This document shows positions 58,495-64,000 of a stretch of DNA of 64,000 nt, in pieces. The DNA is taken from NCBI GenBank assembly GCA_964433905.1, contig CAYSSM010000001.1:60246-124245 (forward strand), given 5' to 3'. Both the position numbers and the translations under genes were made by a program. This DNA comes from an uncultured Candidatus Saccharibacteria bacterium (GTDB lineage Bacteria; Patescibacteriota; UBA1384; UBA12157; JAENIV01). The stretch's first letter is position 1. Each line of letters starts with the position of its first letter. The notes beneath the pieces are model-generated. The model was not told the origin of the DNA, did not search any database, and saw only the letters and a list, made by a program, of their open reading frames with translations.

Positions 58495-58773
58495 TTGGCA
58501 CAACCAGAAATCGTTGATCACCTCGTACGAAAACACTGCCTAAGCATGAAACAGAACGTCCAGTTGCTCCTGTTGATCATTGAGGCTGCGGCAGCAACCA
58601 GCACCATCCCAGTTACAGAGTATGATGAAGAACCGGATAGTTACTACACGCCAAGTGGCGCAAGTCGTTCCGACTTTGAGATGAGACTGAAGAAGAGCAT
58701 GGAAACCGTCGACCGCCCGGTCATCCTCGCCTTCAAGGAATATCTGGAGGCCCAGACCGCCGCCCTAAAGTAG
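58495..58773 (+). CDS. Small GC-rich hypothetical protein (92 aa, TTG start).
   Basis: Good SD (GAAAGGAGACCAAG-TTG), GC-rich codons in an AT-rich genome, and a hairpin terminator 24 nt downstream. Confidence 0.5.
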   Translation: MAQPEIVDHLVRKHCLSMKQNVQLLLLIIEAAAATSTIPVTEYDEEPDSYYTPSGASRSDFEMRLKKSMETVDRPVILAFKEYLEAQTAALK

Positions 58774-58796
58774 GGCTACAAGAACACACCACACAA

Positions 58797-58821
58797 GAGG
58801 CTCTGCGGATCGCAGAGCCTC
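58797..58821 (+). terminator. Hairpin GAGGCTCTGCG-GAT-CGCAGAGCCTC (11-bp perfect stem) followed by a T-rich tract.
   Basis: Seen in sequence. It lies in the 66-nt gap between the small ORF stop and the convergent gyrA stop. Confidence 0.6.
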
Positions 58822-58839
58822 TTCCTATATATACTGTTT

Positions 58840-61761
58840 TTATAGCTTTCCACCCCAATAATTGGCTTCGGATGGTTTTTCTTTTTCTTCAAAAAGATTG
58901 GTTTGAGTATCTTTATTAATTTTTTTTGGCGATTTTAATTTAGCTGATTTTAGCGCTGTACCATCATGAACAGCCGCCCATTCGGGAAGACCGCCTTCTT
59001 TTGTATCAGCTTTTTGATTATCTTTTTCTTCTTCTTTTTTAGGTTTCGAAACTGCTGGCTCTTCTTCTTCTTCTTCTGCTGCTACTGCTACCTCTTCGGT
59101 TTCCTCTGCTGTTGCTTGTGATATTTTAAGTTCTTCTTCCGCTTCAACTACATCAATTTGCTGTTCAGGCAATTCTTTGTCAATTTCAATTAATTTATTG
59201 GTTTTATCTTTGCTAATTATCGTAACCGAAGTAACTTTATCACCCTGATTGAATCGAATTAAAGTTACTCCTTGAGTGTCGCGCTGTAATTTTTTGACTG
59301 TCGCAAGCGCCATTCTGATAACTTGGCCTTTGCGCGACGCCAAAATCAAATCGTAGTTATCATCGGAAACCAGCCTCATGCCAACAATCGGTCCGGTTCT
59401 TTCGGTTACATTAGCCGCCCGCAAACCCATGCCGCCACGAAGTTGCATATTAAACATCGTTAAAGGCGTTCTCTTACCAAATCCTTTTTCCAAAACAATC
59501 AGGGCATCAACCTTACTTTCGGCTCCGGCAGGAATAACATCGGTTGAGACAACATAATCATCACCCTTGAGCAAAATCCCCCGCACTCCGGCAGCGGTTC
59601 TGCCCATCGGACGAATGTCGGTTTCTTTGTAAAAAATAGATTGGCCTTTGGCAGAAACCTGAAAAACATTCTCATCACCGGTGGTTACTTTTACCCAACG
59701 AAGGCGATCTTCCGGACGAAGTTTAATGGCCAAAATTCCGGTTTTTCTAACCTTGCTGTATAGCTTCATGCTCGTTTTTTTAACAAGGCCTTTGCTTGTT
59801 GCCAATAAAATATATTTATATTTTTCGATATCACTCGATGACAGCGTAATCATGGCCGTTACTTTTTCTTCGGGCGAAATTTGTAGAATATTAACGATCG
59901 CCTGGCCTTTGGCAATCCGCGAAGCCGTAGGTATTTCATAGACCTTAGTATGGAAGATTCTACCACGATCGGTAAAGAAATAGACATCATCATGAGTATT
60001 AGACACCAGCAAATGTTCAATCATGTCTTCTTCTTTAGTTTCCATCCCAATCACGCCCTTGCCGCCTCGAATCTGGCTGCGGTAAGACGATACCGGCATC
60101 CTTTTTATATAGTTGCCGCGAGTAAATATGATAATCACTTGTTCTGACGGAATTAAATCCTCGGCGCTAAATCTGCCCAGTTCTTGCGGGTGGATTTTGG
60201 TCTTTCTGGGAGTAGCGTATTTTTCTTGAAGTTCTTTAAGCTCTTTTTTAATGATACTTAGAATCTTTTCTTCTGATGCCAAGACAGCTTCCAGCTCAGC
60301 GATTAATTTTAATTTTTCTTTGTATTCCGTTTCTACTTTTTCCCGTTCCAAGGCGGCAAGAGCGGCAAGGCGCATTTCCAAGATAGCATTTGCTTGAATA
60401 TCAGTCAGTTTAAATTTAATTTTTAGCTGCTTAAAAGCCACTTCGCGATTGGCCGATTTTCTAATTGTCGCCACCACTTCATCGATGTTTTTTAAAGCAA
60501 TCCGCAAGCCCTCTAAAATATGAGCACGTTCTTTGGCTTTCTTTAGTTCGAAAGCAGTGCGACGGCGGACAACTGCTTTACGATGCTTAATATATTCTTC
60601 TAAAATATTTTTGAGCGTTAACACTCGCGGCTGAAGGCCGTCGATTAGCGCCAGCATATTGGTATAAAAAGTCGTCTGCATCAATGTCAGTTCATAAAGA
60701 CGATTTAATATTTTTTTCGGATAAGCGTTGGCCTTAAGTTCAATGACGATTCTGACACCGTCTTTTCGATCTGACTCGTCTCGAAGATCGGAAATTCCTT
60801 CCAATTTCTTTTCTTTAACTAAATCGGCAATTTTGGTAATCAATTCGGCTTTATTGACCTGATACGGTATCTCGGAAACAATAATCCTAAAACCGCGTTT
60901 ATTTTCTTCAATATTGGCCACCGCCCGCATTATAATCGCTCCCTTGCCTGTAGCATAAGCGGCCTTTATTTGTTCCACCCCAAAAATTTCCGCTCCGGTT
61001 GGAAAATCGGGTCCTTGAATATATTGCATCATATCTTCGATAGTACAGTCGGGATTTTCAATTAAATGAATAACCGCGTCGCAAATTTCACCTAAATTAT
61101 GAGGCGGAATATTGGTTGCCATGCCTACGGCAATACCCATCGAACCGTTAATTAACAAATTAGGAAGCTTGGCCGGCATCACTTTTGGTTCTTGCCTGGA
61201 AGCATCATAGTTGGCCACAAAATCAACCGTTTCCTTGTCAATATCAGCGAGCATTTCGCTAGCGGCGGAAGTCAAACGACATTCGGTATAACGCATGGCG
61301 GCGGCGGCATCGCCATCCATTGAACCAAAGTTACCTTGACCGTCAACAAGCGGAAGTCTCATGGAAAAGCTTTGCGCCAATCTTACTAAAGTATCATAAA
61401 CAGCAATATCGCCATGCGGATGATATTTCCCCAAAACATCACCAACAACGGTGGCTGACTTGCGATATTTTGCTTGAGGAGTTAGCCCCAATTCCGACAT
61501 TGAAAATAATACGCGGCGATGAACCGGTTTTAGGCCATCGCGAACATCAGGCAAAGCACGGGCGATGATGACCGACATGGCGTAGGCTAAATACGACTCT
61601 TGCATTTCGTTTTCTAATATTCTCGGCCGCATTATGCCAAACTCGGTTTTCACATCCTTCGTTTTATCATCCTCAAAATTACCGATCGTTTCCGACTCGG
61701 CCACTTTTTCAGGATTAAGTTTTTCTAAATCTTCTTTACTTTCTTTGTCGCTTGCTGCCAT
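58840..61761 (-). CDS. gyrA: DNA gyrase subunit A with a ~100-aa acidic/Lys-rich C-terminal tail.
   Basis: Active-site region and ..AAMRYTE..; 973 aa. The C-terminus carries an EEEEEE stretch. Confidence 0.95.
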   Translation of the reverse strand: MAASDKESKEDLEKLNPEKVAESETIGNFEDDKTKDVKTEFGIMRPRILENEMQESYLAYAMSVIIARALPDVRDGLKPVHRRVLFSMSELGLTPQAKYRKSATVVGDVLGKYHPHGDIAVYDTLVRLAQSFSMRLPLVDGQGNFGSMDGDAAAAMRYTECRLTSAASEMLADIDKETVDFVANYDASRQEPKVMPAKLPNLLINGSMGIAVGMATNIPPHNLGEICDAVIHLIENPDCTIEDMMQYIQGPDFPTGAEIFGVEQIKAAYATGKGAIIMRAVANIEENKRGFRIIVSEIPYQVNKAELITKIADLVKEKKLEGISDLRDESDRKDGVRIVIELKANAYPKKILNRLYELTLMQTTFYTNMLALIDGLQPRVLTLKNILEEYIKHRKAVVRRRTAFELKKAKERAHILEGLRIALKNIDEVVATIRKSANREVAFKQLKIKFKLTDIQANAILEMRLAALAALEREKVETEYKEKLKLIAELEAVLASEEKILSIIKKELKELQEKYATPRKTKIHPQELGRFSAEDLIPSEQVIIIFTRGNYIKRMPVSSYRSQIRGGKGVIGMETKEEDMIEHLLVSNTHDDVYFFTDRGRIFHTKVYEIPTASRIAKGQAIVNILQISPEEKVTAMITLSSSDIEKYKYILLATSKGLVKKTSMKLYSKVRKTGILAIKLRPEDRLRWVKVTTGDENVFQVSAKGQSIFYKETDIRPMGRTAAGVRGILLKGDDYVVSTDVIPAGAESKVDALIVLEKGFGKRTPLTMFNMQLRGGMGLRAANVTERTGPIVGMRLVSDDNYDLILASRKGQVIRMALATVKKLQRDTQGVTLIRFNQGDKVTSVTIISKDKTNKLIEIDKELPEQQIDVVEAEEELKISQATAEETEEVAVAAEEEEEEPAVSKPKKEEEKDNQKADTKEGGLPEWAAVHDGTALKSAKLKSPKKINKDTQTNLFEEKEKPSEANYWGGKL

Positions 61762-61958
61762 TATTTTCCTTCATGACTATGTTTTTTGAACTCCCCTTTG
61801 GCTTTTTTTACATTCGATGGCACCGCCCTTGGTTTGCCCCGTTGCTTGCCCATTCCTACCTCAATTTCGTACCAATTTTTATGAGATTTTTCCGTTTCCA
61901 AAAATGAGTTTGGTTTTACAATTTTTCCTTTAACTTTAACTTGTTTGGAATTTTTCAT
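61761..61958 (-). CDS. Small basic protein (65 aa) between gyrB and gyrA.
   Basis: SD AAGGAAAAAATG. Its stop overlaps the gyrA start. Lys-rich. Confidence 0.4.
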   Translation of the reverse strand: MKNSKQVKVKGKIVKPNSFLETEKSHKNWYEIEVGMGKQRGKPRAVPSNVKKAKGEFKKHSHEGK

Positions 61959-61973
61959 TTTTTCCTTGCTATT

Positions 61974-63905
61974 TTATACATCCAAATTTTTAACATATTT
62001 GGCATGAGTTTGAATGAAACGCTTTCGGGGCGCAACTTCGTCACCCATCAACATTGAAAAGATTTCGTCGGCTTTTTCGGCATCGGATATTTCCACTTTA
62101 AGTAAGACCCTGTTTTCGGGATCCATAGTCGTATCCCACAGTTGCGTTGGCGTCATTTCACCCAAACCTTTGTATCTTTGAATCGAAATACTTTCACCTA
62201 ATTTTTTAATGATTTCATCTTTTTGTTCATCATTGTAGGCAAATAACTTTTCTCTGCCTTTAGTAATGGCATACAAAGGCGGTTGGGCAATATATAAATT
62301 ACCGTTTTTTATAGTATCGGGAAAATGACGATAAAAAAGCGTGAGCAGCAAGGTTCTGATGTGCGAACCATCAACATCGGCATCGGTCATAATAATAATC
62401 CGATGATAGCGCAATTTAGCCATATTAATAACTTCACCAATGCCAACTCCGATAGCGACAATTAACGATTTAATTTCCTCGGATGCAAGCATTTTGTCAA
62501 GCCGGGTTCTTTCAACATTTAAAATTTTACCGCGCAAAGGCAGGATGGCTTGAAAAGTGCGGTCGCGGCCTTGCTTGGCCGAACCTCCGGCCGAATCACC
62601 CTCGACAATATAGAGTTCGCTTTTTTTGGGATCATGAGAAGAACAATCAGCCAATTTACCTGGCAAAGTCATCCCTTCCAAAGCGCCTTTGCGGATGACA
62701 GTTTCCCGGGCTGCTTTCGCTGCCAGCCTGGCTCTTAAAGACAAGGAACATTTTTCAAGTATTTTTCGGCCATCGGCGGGATGCTCTTCCAGCCAATATC
62801 CTAATCCTTCGTAAGTGGCCTGTTCAACCAAACTTTTCATCTCCGGATTGCCAAGCCGGGCTTTTGTCTGGCCTTCAAACTGCGGATCGGGTAATTTAAC
62901 TGAAATAACCGCCGTTAACCCTTCGCGAGTATCATCGCCGGTTAGCATGGCTTCGGAATTTTTAATTATTTCATACTTTTTTGCATAATCATTTAAAGCT
63001 CTTGTCAGAGCGGTTCGAAAACCAGTTAAATGGGTACCCCCTTCTGTTGTATGAATGTTGTTGGCAAAGGCAAAAACATGCTCATTGTAATCGTCAGTAT
63101 AAGCAAGCGCCACTTCGACTCGCGTGTTTTCTGTTTGCTTTTCAAGGTACACCGGTGGATCATTGAAGGAAGTTTTATTCTTGTTGATATGGCGAACATA
63201 TGAAGAAATACCGCCCTCAAAATAAAATGTGAAACAATTTTTAAGATCCGCTTTCGATTTTTGATCAGTGTCTTTTCTTCTGTCACAAATAGTGATACTG
63301 ACGCCTTTAGTTAAATAAGCTTGTTGGCGAAGATGGTTAAGAATTGTTTCCCATGAATAATTTATGGTAGAAAATATCTCTGAGTCAGGTTCAAAACTAA
63401 TGGTGGTACCTTTTTCGTCGGTTACACCGACATTTTTAACAGACCCCTTGGCTTTACCGCGAGCATATTCCTGAACATAGTGCTTGCCGTCTCGGAAAAC
63501 CTCGGCTTGCATCCATGATGAAAGAGCGTTAACGACCGAAACACCAACTCCATGCAAACCACCGGAAACTTTGTAAGCATCACTTTGACCAAACTTTCCG
63601 CCAGCATGCAAAGTGCTTAAAACCGTTTCCAAGGCGCTTTTTTTGGTTTGAGGATGAATATCAACCGGAATCCCACGACCATTATCTTTTACTCTGATCC
63701 GGTTATCGGCCAAAAGCTCGACAATGATCTTATCACAAAAACCGGCCATTGCTTCATCGATGGCATTATCGACGACCTCCCAAATAAGATGATGGAGTCC
63801 CTCCACACCAGTGCCGCCAATGTACATTCCTGGCCTGCGGCGAACCGGCTCAAGTCCTTCTAAAACAGTAATATTCTTGGCTGTATAATCAGATTGGGCT
63901 GACAT
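61974..63905 (-). CDS. gyrB: DNA gyrase subunit B.
   Basis: GHKL ATPase (..LHHLIWEVVDNAIDE..), the Toprim motif EGDSAGG and 643 aa. Confidence 0.95.
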   Translation of the reverse strand: MSAQSDYTAKNITVLEGLEPVRRRPGMYIGGTGVEGLHHLIWEVVDNAIDEAMAGFCDKIIVELLADNRIRVKDNGRGIPVDIHPQTKKSALETVLSTLHAGGKFGQSDAYKVSGGLHGVGVSVVNALSSWMQAEVFRDGKHYVQEYARGKAKGSVKNVGVTDEKGTTISFEPDSEIFSTINYSWETILNHLRQQAYLTKGVSITICDRRKDTDQKSKADLKNCFTFYFEGGISSYVRHINKNKTSFNDPPVYLEKQTENTRVEVALAYTDDYNEHVFAFANNIHTTEGGTHLTGFRTALTRALNDYAKKYEIIKNSEAMLTGDDTREGLTAVISVKLPDPQFEGQTKARLGNPEMKSLVEQATYEGLGYWLEEHPADGRKILEKCSLSLRARLAAKAARETVIRKGALEGMTLPGKLADCSSHDPKKSELYIVEGDSAGGSAKQGRDRTFQAILPLRGKILNVERTRLDKMLASEEIKSLIVAIGVGIGEVINMAKLRYHRIIIMTDADVDGSHIRTLLLTLFYRHFPDTIKNGNLYIAQPPLYAITKGREKLFAYNDEQKDEIIKKLGESISIQRYKGLGEMTPTQLWDTTMDPENRVLLKVEISDAEKADEIFSMLMGDEVAPRKRFIQTHAKYVKNLDV

Positions 63906-63930
63906 AAAAATAACTCCTTATTCTGAACAT

Positions 63931-63960
63931 AGTATAGCGTATAATTATTTACCTTTACAA
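63931..63960 (-). promoter_or_regulatory. Candidate gyrB promoter TTGTAA-N18-TATACT.
   Basis: Minus-strand sense: TTGTAAAGGTAAATAATTATACGCTATACT, about 25 nt upstream of the gyrB ATG. Confidence 0.3.
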
Positions 63961-64000
63961 TACGAAAATATTGAGGTTTAGCCCCTATTTTCTTATTTTT

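Overview
This is a low-GC bacterial chromosome segment (about one-third GC by eye; nothing was computed). It looks like a reduced Candidate Phyla Radiation / Patescibacteria-type genome: there is no L30 gene between rpsE and rplO; RpoA, PheS, AspS and Obg are short; and there is a fermentative module (ADP-forming acetyl-CoA synthetase plus 2-oxoacid:ferredoxin oxidoreductase). The core is one long minus-strand cluster, rpoB-rpoC-rpsL-rpsG-fusA-tuf followed by the S10, spc and alpha ribosomal operons (49.9 kb down to 17.2 kb), then rbfA-pheS-pheT-aspS. On the plus strand are gpmI (5'-partial), ACD, porA/B/GD, tRNA-Ala(GGC), leuS, rpmF, nusB and rnc. The right end carries obgE, an M23/LysM peptidase, infB, gyrA and gyrB. 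Accessory and unusual content, in order of interest:

- A novel GC-rich hairpin repeat family of about 60-120 nt with three copies (33.0, 51.5 and 56.4 kb). The first stem shows compensatory substitutions between copies, and one copy sits in-frame at the 3' end of rplV.
- A REP-RAYT-REP unit (IS200-like Y1 transposase flanked by palindromic elements) between porGD and tRNA-Ala, plus a solo REP copy at 39.3 kb.
- Two strongly GC-rich islets in the AT-rich background: a ~1.9-kb gene for a secreted SdrD-B-like repeat protein (52.3-54.2 kb) and a 92-aa TTG-start ORF (58.5-58.8 kb). Each has a near-consensus sigma70 promoter and a GC-rich hairpin terminator.
- An exact 67-bp duplication of the secY 3' end, next to a 4-gene envelope cassette inserted between secY and adk.
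- A PIG-L/LmbE-family deacetylase inserted between infA and map.
- A repeated ~55-nt leader immediately upstream of rpmJ and map.

No CRISPR array or rRNA gene was seen.
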